Positions 1-8,196 of a stretch of DNA of 59,647 bases are shown here, one piece after another; positions within the stretch are counted from its first letter, which is position 1; the number at the start of each line of letters is the position of its first letter. This DNA comes from Candidatus Flemingiibacterium sp. (GTDB lineage: Bacteria; Bacillota; Clostridia; Oscillospirales; CAG-272): the NCBI GenBank assembly GCA_045589075.1, contig JAZNFI010000036.1, positions 1 through 59,647 on the forward strand. Direction: 5' to 3'. The translations under genes were made by a program, and so were the position numbers. The notes below the pieces were generated by a model that searched no databases, was not told the origin of the DNA, and saw only the letters and a list, made by a program, of their open reading frames with translations.

Positions 1-566
1 GCGACACGGAAACGACTCTCACGAAGTCCAGAAACGACACCGCTGTCATCTATGTGACGGAGCTTTTCAAGTCCACTGCCGCAAAGAGGGATGGGCGCTC
101 CACTATCGTCTGTGAAGCGATACCCGAGAGCGGTCAGCATACCGACGCCGCCGTCATTTGTGGCACTTCCGCCAATTCCGATGACGAAGTCACGGCATCC
201 GAGGGATAAAGCGTCACAAATAAGCTCTCCAACACCGTAGGTGGTAGTATACATGGGATTACGCTCATCATCACAAAGCTGAGGCAGACCTGCCGCAACC
301 GCCATTTCGATTATAGCGGTTTTGCCGGCAACAGCATATGTGCACTCCGTTTCGCGCATAAGCGCATCGTGGGCATGTACTCTTCGCAGCTCACCGCTGA
401 GTCCCAGCGCAAGGGCCTCTGTAGTACCCTCACCGCCGTCGGCAATGGGGCGGACGTTAATTACGGCGTCGTTATATACACGCTTAAAGCCAATCGCGGC
501 GGCATTTCCCGCCTCTATTGATGAAAGACTTCCCTTGAATGAATCAATCGCAACAGTAATTTTCAT
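1..566 (-). CDS. glycerate kinase, N-terminal part (gene runs off the left edge of the window)
   Basis: Open minus-strand frame from the ATG at 566..564 to position 1. It is absent from the ORF track because no stop lies in the window. Translation MKITVAIDSFKGSLSSIEAGNAAAIGFKRVY...PIADGGEGT...GIGGSATNDGG matches the glycerate kinase family N-terminus. Confidence 0.85.
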   Translation of the reverse strand, partial: MKITVAIDSFKGSLSSIEAGNAAAIGFKRVYNDAVINVRPIADGGEGTTEALALGLSGELRRVHAHDALMRETECTYAVAGKTAIIEMAVAAGLPQLCDDERNPMYTTTYGVGELICDALSLGCRDFVIGIGGSATNDGGVGMLTALGYRFTDDSGAPIPLCGSGLEKLRHIDDSGVVSGLRESRFRV

Positions 567-664
567 GGAACTTTTCCTTTTTGTGTTAGTTGATATATAT
601 TTTCATTGTAACACAAATTCCACAAAAAAGCAAGAGAAAATTAGGTTTCAGTTTTAAGCTTTTC

Positions 665-2194
665 CTAGATAGCAGAAACTTGCTTCTTCATTATTTTCAA
701 TTCGCGACATCCCAGAAGATACAGAATGATAACATAGAGTACTATAAACAATGCCGAAAGTCCAATAAAGCATATCCAGCCAAAGGAAGTATCGACTATC
801 CCCGTGACAGAAAAGACAAGCATACAAATTCCTCCGCTCAATAGCGGCTTAAAAAGCATTTCGGAAATATCTGACCTGAATTCTGTCACCTTTACAAGCC
901 TTGCAATGCTAAGTGAGGCATTCATTATTTCTGCCAGATATATAGTTACAATATATCCGTATATTCCGATTCGCGGACACAGTATCCATACAAGCAGGGT
1001 ACATACCGCCGCATCAAGAATATTGATTTTCATACAGTAAAGCTGTTCGCCAAGCCCCTTCAGCATGGCATCTACTGCATGATCAAGGTACATGACCGGA
1101 ACAAGAGGAGACATAATTCTTATAAACATACCTGCATCTGCACTTTGGTACACCAGCATACCAAGTTCATCGGCAAAAATATACATAAGAGCCGACGTCC
1201 CTACAGAAAACACCATTGTGAGTACCACTGTTCGATACGTCATCCTGCTTATCAATACACGGTTGTTCTCTGCCGCCGCACCGGCAAATTCGGGAACAAG
1301 AAGTGCAGTGAATGAGTAAAGTAATGCTGTGGGAAACATAAGTATCGGCATAACCATTCCGCATACAATACCATATGTTGCAAGAGCCGCATCAGCGGTC
1401 GCAGGATTTTTCCGAAGTCCGCGAGGAATCAGCATATGCTCAAGAGTTGACAGACCTGAGCGAATATACGCCGCAGTTGCAACAGGTACGGTTATTCCAA
1501 ACAGAGTTTTTGTAAGCCTTTTGCCGTCAGCTTTTTTGCAGACACCGTCGCGAACTTTTCTCCTGTCAAACAAATAAAGAATGAGTGCTAAAACGAACGA
1601 ACAGCTTTCAGCAACGGCTCCGCCTCCCACAATCGCCATGCAAGCGTACTCTATCCCCTCCGGCACAAAATACAGCAGTGCCCATACGGTTATGAAGACC
1701 TTACACAGTTGCTCAAATATCTGACAGATTGCATTTTTTACGACTCGCCTGACGGCGGTAAAATAACCTCCGAGCACGTTAGACACGGCAATAAACGGAA
1801 GACTCAATGCAAGCAGCCGCAATGAACGGATACATCTTACGTCACACAGCCAATATTCTGCAATCCCCTCTGCACCTGCAATCAAAAGCACACAAGCAAC
1901 GCAACCACAGGTCGATGCATATGTAAGACATCTGCGCAAAGCTGCTCTCACCTCGCAGCCATCACCTCTGCCGAGAGCCTCAGCGCACATTCGGGTAGCT
2001 GCGAGATTCACTCCGGACGCCGCAACCGTTACCGCCAGACCGTAAACACTCATTATTAGTGTAAACAGACCCATTCCATCAGCTCCCAGCTGCCTTGAGA
2101 GAAACGCGTTGAACGCTACAGATACCGCCCTGAGCACAAGAGATGTGACACTCATTATAAATCCATTTATAAAAAATCTGCGTAGGATATTCAC
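665..2194 (-). CDS. MOP-superfamily flippase, SpoVB/MurJ-like polytopic membrane protein
   Basis: The 534-aa ORF 665..2269 is multi-TM with the N-terminal FINGFIMSVTSLVLRAVSVAFNAFLSRQLGADGMG pattern typical of SpoVB/MurJ. I place the start at the GTG at 2194 because GGAGG lies 5 nt upstream. The ATG at 2269 has no RBS. Confidence 0.8.
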   Translation of the reverse strand: MNILRRFFINGFIMSVTSLVLRAVSVAFNAFLSRQLGADGMGLFTLIMSVYGLAVTVAASGVNLAATRMCAEALGRGDGCEVRAALRRCLTYASTCGCVACVLLIAGAEGIAEYWLCDVRCIRSLRLLALSLPFIAVSNVLGGYFTAVRRVVKNAICQIFEQLCKVFITVWALLYFVPEGIEYACMAIVGGGAVAESCSFVLALILYLFDRRKVRDGVCKKADGKRLTKTLFGITVPVATAAYIRSGLSTLEHMLIPRGLRKNPATADAALATYGIVCGMVMPILMFPTALLYSFTALLVPEFAGAAAENNRVLISRMTYRTVVLTMVFSVGTSALMYIFADELGMLVYQSADAGMFIRIMSPLVPVMYLDHAVDAMLKGLGEQLYCMKINILDAAVCTLLVWILCPRIGIYGYIVTIYLAEIMNASLSIARLVKVTEFRSDISEMLFKPLLSGGICMLVFSVTGIVDTSFGWICFIGLSALFIVLYVIILYLLGCRELKIMKKQVSAI

Positions 2195-2345
2195 GAAAAC
2201 CTCCGAAAAGATCTGTTTTGCTGAAAGTGTTAGTAATATATATTTATATTTCGGCGTAAACATAACCATACATTGTGGAAATTCTATAAAATATCAAACT
2301 TTGAAGAAATTAACAATATTTTTTTGAAATTTTTGTCTAAACATA

Positions 2346-2374
2346 TTGCAAAACAGCTCAATTTGTAGTATAAT
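2346..2374 (+). promoter_or_regulatory. sigma-70-type promoter upstream of gdhA
   Basis: TTGCAA (2346..2351), a 17-nt spacer, then TATAAT (2369..2374), about 60 nt upstream of the gdhA ATG. Confidence 0.6.
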
Positions 2375-2436
2375 GAAAAGGTACAATTTATCATGCTTAA
2401 TATGTGTGAAATCATAAACAAAAAGAGGTATTTATC

Positions 2437-3792
2437 ATGGCTATCAAGAATTCTTATCTTGCAGGTGTTTACGAGAATGTTTGCAAAAGGAATCCCGGCG
2501 AGACCGAATTTCACCAGACCGTAGAAGAGGTTTTGGAGTCGCTCGAGCCCGTTGCAGAAAAGCGTCCTGACCTTATTGAAGCGGGAGTATTCGAGCGTAT
2601 GGTTGAACCCGAGCGTCAGATTCAGTTCAGAGTAAGCTGGGTAGACGACAACGGCAAGGTTCAGGTGAACCGCGGCTACCGCGTACAGTTCAACTCCGCC
2701 ATCGGTCCTTACAAGGGCGGTCTCCGTTTCCATCCTACAGTTAATGCTTCAATCATGAAGTTCCTCGGCTTCGAGCAGACCTTCAAGAACTCCCTCACCG
2801 GTCTTCCCATGGGCGGCGGTAAGGGCGGTTCCGACTTTGATCCCACCGGCAAGTCCGACGGAGAGGTTATGCGTTTCTGCCAGAGCTTCATGACCGAGCT
2901 TGCAAAGCACATTGGTGCTGATACCGACGTTCCCGCAGGTGACATCGGTGTCGGTGCACGCGAGGTAGGCTACCTCTTCGGTCAATACAAGAGACTTCGC
3001 AATGAATTCACCGGAGTTCTTACCGGCAAGGGCTTCTCCTACGGCGGTTCTCTTATCCGTCCCGAGGCTACAGGTTTCGGTGCTGTTTACTATGTACAAA
3101 ATTTGCTGGCTTCCTTTGGCGAAGAGGTTAAGGGCAAGACCTTTGCGGTATCAGGCTTCGGAAACGTTGCTTGGGGTACCGTTCAAAAGGTTACCGAGCT
3201 TGGCGGTAAGGTGGTTACTATCTCCGGTCCCGACGGCTACATATACGACAAGGACGGCATCAACACTCCTGAAAAGATCGCGTTCATGACCGAAATGCGT
3301 GCATCCTGCCGCAACAAGGTTCAGGACTACGCTGACAAGTTTGGAGTTCCTTTCTTCGCAGGCAAGAAGCCTTGGGGCGAAAAGGTTGACGTTATCATGC
3401 CTTGCGCAACCCAGAACGAAGTCAACATTGACGATGCGAAGGCTATGGTTGCCAACGGTCTCAAGTACTATGTTGAGGTTTCCAACATGCCCACCACCAA
3501 CGAGGCTGTTGCATATCTCAAGGCAAACGGCGTAGTAGTTGCTCCTTCCAAGGCAGTTAACGCCGGCGGCGTTGCAGTTTCCGGTCTCGAAATGAGCCAG
3601 AACTCCATGCGTTACAGCTGGACTGCCGAAGAGGTTGACGCAAAGCTTAAGCAGATTATGAAGAACATTTACGACAGCTCTGTTAAGGCGGCGAAGGACT
3701 ACGGCATGGAGGGCGACCTTGTTGCAGGTGCTAATATCGCCGGCTTCCTTAAGGTTGCGGACGCAATGAAGGCACAGGGTATCGCATACTAA
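2437..3792 (+). CDS. gdhA: NADP-specific glutamate dehydrogenase
   Basis: 451 aa with the GLPMGGGKGGSDFDP active-site motif and a GFGNVAWG Rossmann motif. Full-length similarity to bacterial GdhA. RBS is aagagg. Confidence 0.97.
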   Translation: MAIKNSYLAGVYENVCKRNPGETEFHQTVEEVLESLEPVAEKRPDLIEAGVFERMVEPERQIQFRVSWVDDNGKVQVNRGYRVQFNSAIGPYKGGLRFHPTVNASIMKFLGFEQTFKNSLTGLPMGGGKGGSDFDPTGKSDGEVMRFCQSFMTELAKHIGADTDVPAGDIGVGAREVGYLFGQYKRLRNEFTGVLTGKGFSYGGSLIRPEATGFGAVYYVQNLLASFGEEVKGKTFAVSGFGNVAWGTVQKVTELGGKVVTISGPDGYIYDKDGINTPEKIAFMTEMRASCRNKVQDYADKFGVPFFAGKKPWGEKVDVIMPCATQNEVNIDDAKAMVANGLKYYVEVSNMPTTNEAVAYLKANGVVVAPSKAVNAGGVAVSGLEMSQNSMRYSWTAEEVDAKLKQIMKNIYDSSVKAAKDYGMEGDLVAGANIAGFLKVADAMKAQGIAY

Positions 3793-3895
3793 TATAAACT
3801 CCGGCGCAACGCAGGTAGTTTTATGCTGACCGCAAGAGGTGTCATCGCCATTCGTTCAGCAGGCAAAATTCACGTTTCATAAGAATACAAAAGCA

Positions 3896-3935
3896 AAACC
3901 GTTCGGTTTGATTTGCCGAACGGTTTTTGTTTTTC
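3896..3935. terminator. bidirectional intrinsic terminator between gdhA and the convergent phosphatase gene
   Basis: Hairpin aaaccgttcgg-N9-ccgaacggttt, flanked by an A-run on the left and ttgttttt on the right. Confidence 0.75.
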
Positions 3936-4052
3936 AAATATTAGATTAAGAATGATCATACTTTTTTGAGATTCAGCGGCAAATACTCTATAAGCAATAT
4001 TTCCACTAGCAAGTGTATATTGTACAAACCCAATATTCCTTATGAAAAGCAA

Positions 4053-4697
4053 TTAGACACTTTCCGGAAGCTCGGTTTTAAGCTCTCCCATAAATGAAGC
4101 CTCACCTATAATTTCCGGTTTTACAGTATGGGTTGCCGTGTCGTATTCAACTATTGATACCGAAGCGTTTGGCACCCATTTGAGCGTACTCATTTTTTCA
4201 AGTCCAAGCCCTCTCCATTCACATTCAAGGGCACGAATGGGGGTTGCATGGATTGCAATAAGTACGGTTTTTCCGGCGTTTTCTTCAGCTATTTTCCATA
4301 CCCCATCTGTGATACGCTTCGCCATATCCACGACGCTCTCACCACCATCGGGTTGAGAATTCGCTATGTCGTACATGAACGCAGCAAAGCTTTCGGGGTA
4401 CAGTGATATAATTTCGTCAAAGGCTTTATTTTCCCATTCACCTGCATAAATCTCGCGAAGCGACGGATCGGGAACAGCAGTAAGTCCGTGAGGCTTTGTG
4501 ATTATCTCGACGGTTTCGTATGCTCTTATAAGATCACTCGAGTAGGCAACATCAATATGAACATTCTTCAGAAAATCGGCTGCCATCGCCGCCTGCAATC
4601 TTCCCTTATCGGTCAAAGCACCGTCTGTTTGCCCGTAGAAGCGGCCCAACAGATTTCCTGTACTTTCTCCGTGACGTACAAAAATCAACCGTGTCAT
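4053..4697 (-). CDS. histidine phosphatase family protein (phosphoglycerate mutase-like)
   Basis: 214 aa with the N-terminal RHGESTGN catalytic motif and a second His in IAIHATP. Confidence 0.9.
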   Translation of the reverse strand: MTRLIFVRHGESTGNLLGRFYGQTDGALTDKGRLQAAMAADFLKNVHIDVAYSSDLIRAYETVEIITKPHGLTAVPDPSLREIYAGEWENKAFDEIISLYPESFAAFMYDIANSQPDGGESVVDMAKRITDGVWKIAEENAGKTVLIAIHATPIRALECEWRGLGLEKMSTLKWVPNASVSIVEYDTATHTVKPEIIGEASFMGELKTELPESV

Positions 4698-4898
4698 ACC
4701 TTCACCTCATGAATTTGATGCAGAATTGCTTAACCTTAATTTTACCACTTATACGAAAGTGTGGAAATATGTTCAAAACTATCGTGCCTATGCAATCATC
4801 ATTTTATACATTAAACATCCACACTGAAAAGTTGCCGATGGGGGTATGGGTTCCCAGATGCTTGCAACTCTCGACTACCTTAAATTCATCCTTGAACA

Positions 4899-6296
4899 TC
4901 ATATGTTCAAAATTTCATCGTATTTTTCAAAATTCGCTATAACCTCAGAATAATCAGTGCCTCCGGGGGTATATTCCTTATCTGTGCCGATTGCTGCACA
5001 AGCTTTTTCAACCGATTCAAATATTCCCGCGCCCACGCCTGCCAGTATAGCAGAGCCAAGGCAGGCAGTCTCTTTATATTTGAGTGTCACAAGCCGTTTA
5101 CCTGTCATGTCAGACTTCATCTCGCACCACAGCGGACTTTTTGCTCCGCCACCCATGACTCGGATTTCACTTACGGGGACACCTAAGCTGTCAAGATTCT
5201 GCTTCAGCATACAAGCTACCGACTCCATGATACTGCGTACAAAATGGGCACTTGTATGCTCGGTGGTAATACCCGTGAAGCTGCCTCTGGCATCCGGATT
5301 GTATTTCGGCATTGTTGAACCGCAAAGGTAAGGCAGGAATGTAACTCCACAGCTTCCCGCAGGCACGGATGCCGCCATACAGTCAAGCTCCTTGAAACTC
5401 TTTTCCGGAAGGAAGGAATCTCTGAACCATTTGAGAGCCATTCCCGCCGTTGGACTCCAGGAGAGCAACGCATAACCTCCGTCAAAGCTGTAATGACAAG
5501 GAACAAAGCTGTCTTCTCTGAATTGGGGTACAGAGTCTGTGGGTACATAGATTGCCATGGTTGTGCCTGTCATCTCGCTGACAATTCCTTTTTTTATTAC
5601 ACCGGCGCCAACAGCTCCCGCGACCTGATCCATAGCAGATGTAATAACCTTGATGCCCTTGTAATCGCCAACATAGCTGGCACTGTCGCAAAGTTCAGGA
5701 AGCATTTCCCTTCTCACACCGATGAAATCAAGCATTTCGTCCCACCAATCGGCACTGACTATATCAAAATAAAGACTGCTGGACTGGAGAGTCCTTTCGG
5801 TAACAAATTTTCCCGTCAAAGCATAGATAAGGTAATCCTCAAGAAGAAATACCTTTTTTGTCTTCTCCCACACTTCAGGCTCGTTGTGTTTTACCCAAAG
5901 CAGCTTGCTTGCAGGCCATGTTGCGGTGATCTCGGGCTGTCCCGTCACCTCAAACACGCGTTTTCTTCCAAAATGTGCACTGATCTCATCCGCCTCTGCC
6001 GCAGCTCTGTTGTCGAGCCATACAATCGCGTCGCGCACGGGAATACCGTTCTCGTCGGCAAGTATAAGGGTTTCGCATTGAGTATCTATGGCAAGGCACC
6101 CGACCCCACCGTTACTTTGTGCGGCATTTATTGCATTATTCAGAAGGGATAAGTATTTTTTGGGGTCAAGCTCCACTCGGTCCCCCGCAGAACTAAGAGT
6201 GTAGTCCTCGGTATTTGAATGAAGTTCCTTTAAATTTTCATCAAATAGCACACTTTTTACCGATGTCGTTCCGAAATCTATTCCGAGAATATTCAT
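4899..6296 (-). CDS. FGGY-family carbohydrate kinase (xylulokinase-like)
   Basis: The ORF runs 4899..6326. It carries GIDFGTTSVK (N-terminal ASKHA phosphate loop) and GGGAKSPLW (C-terminal FGGY motif). I prefer the start at MNILGIDFG (6296) by family N-terminus. The substrate is not assignable. Confidence 0.88.
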   Translation of the reverse strand: MNILGIDFGTTSVKSVLFDENLKELHSNTEDYTLSSAGDRVELDPKKYLSLLNNAINAAQSNGGVGCLAIDTQCETLILADENGIPVRDAIVWLDNRAAAEADEISAHFGRKRVFEVTGQPEITATWPASKLLWVKHNEPEVWEKTKKVFLLEDYLIYALTGKFVTERTLQSSSLYFDIVSADWWDEMLDFIGVRREMLPELCDSASYVGDYKGIKVITSAMDQVAGAVGAGVIKKGIVSEMTGTTMAIYVPTDSVPQFREDSFVPCHYSFDGGYALLSWSPTAGMALKWFRDSFLPEKSFKELDCMAASVPAGSCGVTFLPYLCGSTMPKYNPDARGSFTGITTEHTSAHFVRSIMESVACMLKQNLDSLGVPVSEIRVMGGGAKSPLWCEMKSDMTGKRLVTLKYKETACLGSAILAGVGAGIFESVEKACAAIGTDKEYTPGGTDYSEVIANFEKYDEILNI

Positions 6297-6455
6297 AGCT
6301 GTGTTCGCTTCCGGTTGTGAAAGCATCCTTTCATAAATTCAAATAGATTATACATTAATCTGACTATTTTGTCAATGTCTTTCCATAATGTTTTCATCGC
6401 AACAGAAACACAAGCGAACAAAAGTAAGGCATACCAAAACAGAACCACATGGATA

Positions 6456-6527
6456 CATCTCACCCAAAGCAAAAACAACGAGGGACAAGCCCTCGTTGGT
6501 TTTGCTTGGAGCAAGCGACAGGAATCG
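6456..6527. repeat. direct repeat copy A (degenerate tRNA-Gly 3' end plus terminator)
   Basis: 71 of 72 nt are identical to 6604..6675 (one mismatch, 6520 a vs 6668 g). The offset is 148 bp. Confidence 0.95.
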
Positions 6528-6603
6528 TAACCCTAACCGCAGTGCCTTTCGGCACAGCGCGACAAGAACGCCGGTGCGTTCTTGATGTGCGTTCCCTCAT
6601 CCT

Positions 6604-6675
6604 CATCTCACCCAAAGCAAAAACAACGAGGGACAAGCCCTCGTTGGTTTTGCTTGGAGCAAGCGACGGGAATCG
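6604..6675. repeat. direct repeat copy B (3' 21 nt of the functional tRNA-Gly plus its terminator)
   Basis: Same 72-nt string as 6456..6527. It overlaps the real tRNA at 6655..6675. Confidence 0.95.
6611..6654 (-). terminator. intrinsic terminator of tRNA-Gly
   Basis: Minus strand reads CAACGAGGG-cttg-CCCTCGTTG followed by TTTTTGCTTT, directly after the CCA end. Confidence 0.8.
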
Positions 6676-6728
6676 AACCCGCACAGTCAGCTTGGGAAGC
6701 TGAAGTTCTGCCACTAAACTACGCCTGC
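6655..6728 (-). tRNA. tRNA-Gly (anticodon CCC)
   Basis: Minus strand GCAGGCGTAGTTTAGTGGCAGAACTTCAGCTTCCCAAGCTGACTGTGCGGGTTCGATTCCCGTCGCTTGCTCCA is 74 nt. The 7-bp acceptor stem has one G-U pair. Anticodon arm is TCAGC/TTCCCAA/GCTGA, the T-loop is GGTTCGATTCC, and CCA is encoded. Confidence 0.93.
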
Positions 6729-6743
6729 ATTTCCGTATTTACT

Positions 6744-6772
6744 ATTATATACCCTCACAAGCAATTTGTCAA
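6744..6772 (-). promoter_or_regulatory. consensus sigma-70 promoter of tRNA-Gly
   Basis: Minus strand reads TTGACA, a 17-nt spacer, then TATAAT. The -10 element ends 15 nt before the tRNA 5' end. Confidence 0.8.
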
Positions 6773-6967
6773 GGCAAATCGTGCGACTTTTTTCTTGTGT
6801 TACTTCGCCTTACAAAAAATTAAATATTGCTTTTCACTCTATCGCACCCCTCAAAATAAAATATTACAGAGGGGTAAAGACAGAAAAATTTTTCTGCTGT
6901 GTTTAAACCTCTCACTCTTTGTAAAAACTATTGACGTAAAATCAAAAGCATGGAGAGTGAATTTTTC

Positions 6968-7327
6968 ATGACGGTTAAACGAGGAGATATTTATTACGCC
7001 GATCTTTCACCGGTAATAGGCTCTGAACAGGGCGGGCTTCGTCCCGTACTGATTGTGCAGAACGATGTGGGGAATAAGTACAGTCCTACAGTCATCGCAG
7101 CGGCCATTACCTCCCAGGTTGGAAAAAATCGGCTTCCAACTCACATCGACGTTATTGCAGACCGCTTCGGGCTTGCCAAAGATTCTGTTATTCTGCTCGA
7201 ACAGATAAGAACTATCGACAAGCAACGCTTAAAAGAAAAAATGGGACACCTTGATGACAGTATAATGAAGCGGGTCAACGATGCTATCGGGGTTAGCTTC
7301 GGTCTTGAGACCACCTCTGTAATATAA
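6968..7327 (+). CDS. mazF: type II toxin, MazF/EndoA (PemK) family endoribonuclease
   Basis: [50 protein letters not shown]...LPTHIDV...[17 protein letters not shown] is near-colinear with B. subtilis EndoA as I recall it. I choose the start at 6968 (GGAGAG 10 nt upstream) rather than the ORF-track ATG at 6950. Confidence 0.93.
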   Translation: MTVKRGDIYYADLSPVIGSEQGGLRPVLIVQNDVGNKYSPTVIAAAITSQVGKNRLPTHIDVIADRFGLAKDSVILLEQIRTIDKQRLKEKMGHLDDSIMKRVNDAIGVSFGLETTSVI

Positions 7328-7360
7328 TAGTCCGATACATCTTGACATCATCGTACTTTC

Positions 7361-7410
7361 CCGCCGCCCTCCGTTTTCGTCTTTATGGAAACGCTGGTCG
7401 GCGGTCTTTT
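7361..7410 (+). terminator. probable intrinsic terminator after mazF
   Basis: Imperfect long hairpin ccgccg...cggcgg with an inner ccgttt/aaacg pairing, followed by tctttt. Confidence 0.5.
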
Positions 7411-7453
7411 GTGATGCCGTACTAATTGTTTTGTGAACATTTAGCGAAGTGTA

Positions 7454-7483
7454 TTGAAATTTCTGTGTAATCAATGATATAAT
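7454..7483 (+). promoter_or_regulatory. promoter of the two-component operon
   Basis: TTGAAA, an 18-nt spacer, then an extended -10 TGaTATAAT, about 35 nt upstream of the response regulator ATG. Confidence 0.55.
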
Positions 7484-7518
7484 ATCATTACAGATAAGTC
7501 ATCGGAAGGAGTCTCGTT

Positions 7519-8196
7519 ATGTACAGGGTATTAACTGTGGATGATGAAGTAATGATACGCAAGCTGATACGCAAATATGCCGAATTTGAGGGACACGAGG
7601 TCACCGAGGCGGCGGACGGCATGGAGGCAGTGTCACTTTGTCGGGAGAAGGATTTTGACATCATCATTATGGATATAATGATGCCGGAGCTTGACGGCTT
7701 CTCTGCCTGCCGTGAAATACGAAAGCTAAAGGATACCCCTATTATCATGCTGTCAGCGCGCGGTGAAGAATATGACAGAATCAACGGATTCGAGCTTGGC
7801 ATAGATGACTATGTTGTTAAGCCCTTCTCTCCTAAAGAGCTTATGCTCCGCATTGATGCCATTCTTAAAAGACGAGTTAATTCCATAGGAAATATACCAA
7901 AAAACGAGGTTGTAGAGATAGGCGGACTCAAGGCTGACATTACCGCAAGGCTTGTGTATGTTGACGGAGAACGGGTTGATATGTCGCCCAAGGAATATGA
8001 CCTGTTCTTCTATATGCTTAAAAACCGAAATATAGCCCTGTCAAGAGAAAAACTTATTACTGAGGTCTGGGGGTACGATTTTTACGGTGACGACCGTACC
8101 CTTGATACTCACATAAAGCTGTTGAGGAAAAGTCTTAAGGATTATTCACGTCTAATTGTTACGCTTCGGGGGGTAGGCTACCGCTTTGAATCATAA
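7519..8196 (+). CDS. OmpR-family response regulator
   Basis: 225 aa. The receiver domain has DDE, IIIMDIMMPELDG and KPF. The C-terminal winged helix has SPKEYDLFFYML, LRGVGYRF. Confidence 0.95.
   Translation: MYRVLTVDDEVMIRKLIRKYAEFEGHEVTEAADGMEAVSLCREKDFDIIIMDIMMPELDGFSACREIRKLKDTPIIMLSARGEEYDRINGFELGIDDYVVKPFSPKELMLRIDAILKRRVNSIGNIPKNEVVEIGGLKADITARLVYVDGERVDMSPKEYDLFFYMLKNRNIALSREKLITEVWGYDFYGDDRTLDTHIKLLRKSLKDYSRLIVTLRGVGYRFES

Noticed and set aside
4892-4910. The TTGAACAT-N3-ATGTTCAA palindrome as a LexA (Cheo) box
   Set aside because: The Firmicutes LexA consensus is GAAC-N4-GTTC, whereas here the GAAC/GTTC cores are 7 nt apart. No SOS gene is adjacent. It is reported only as a generic operator candidate.
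6456-6675. The two 72-bp repeats considered as a CRISPR array or as attL/attR of an integrated element
   Set aside because: There are only two copies, and the repeat is 72 bp with tRNA and terminator content, so it is not CRISPR-like. Only 76 bp lie between the copies, and I saw no integrase, transposase or phage gene anywhere in the window, so there is no resident element.
6449-6714. Mirror-image 84-aa ORFs (6449..6703 plus strand, 6460..6714 minus strand) and the 129-aa ORF 6582..6971
   Set aside because: They run across the tRNA-Gly gene, its terminator and the 72-bp repeat. Their internal peptide repeats merely reflect the DNA duplication.
6795-6971. TTG-initiated 58-codon frame whose TGA overlaps the mazF ATG (ATGA), a possible upstream antitoxin
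   Set aside because: It has no Shine-Dalgarno sequence and no ATG or GTG. The product (LCYFALQKIKYCFSLYRTPQNK...) is Cys/Leu/Lys-rich and AT-driven, with no resemblance to AbrB/SpoVT- or RHH-type MazE. The frame is open only as a continuation of the spurious ORF through the tRNA. It is kept as a caveat in the MazF finding.
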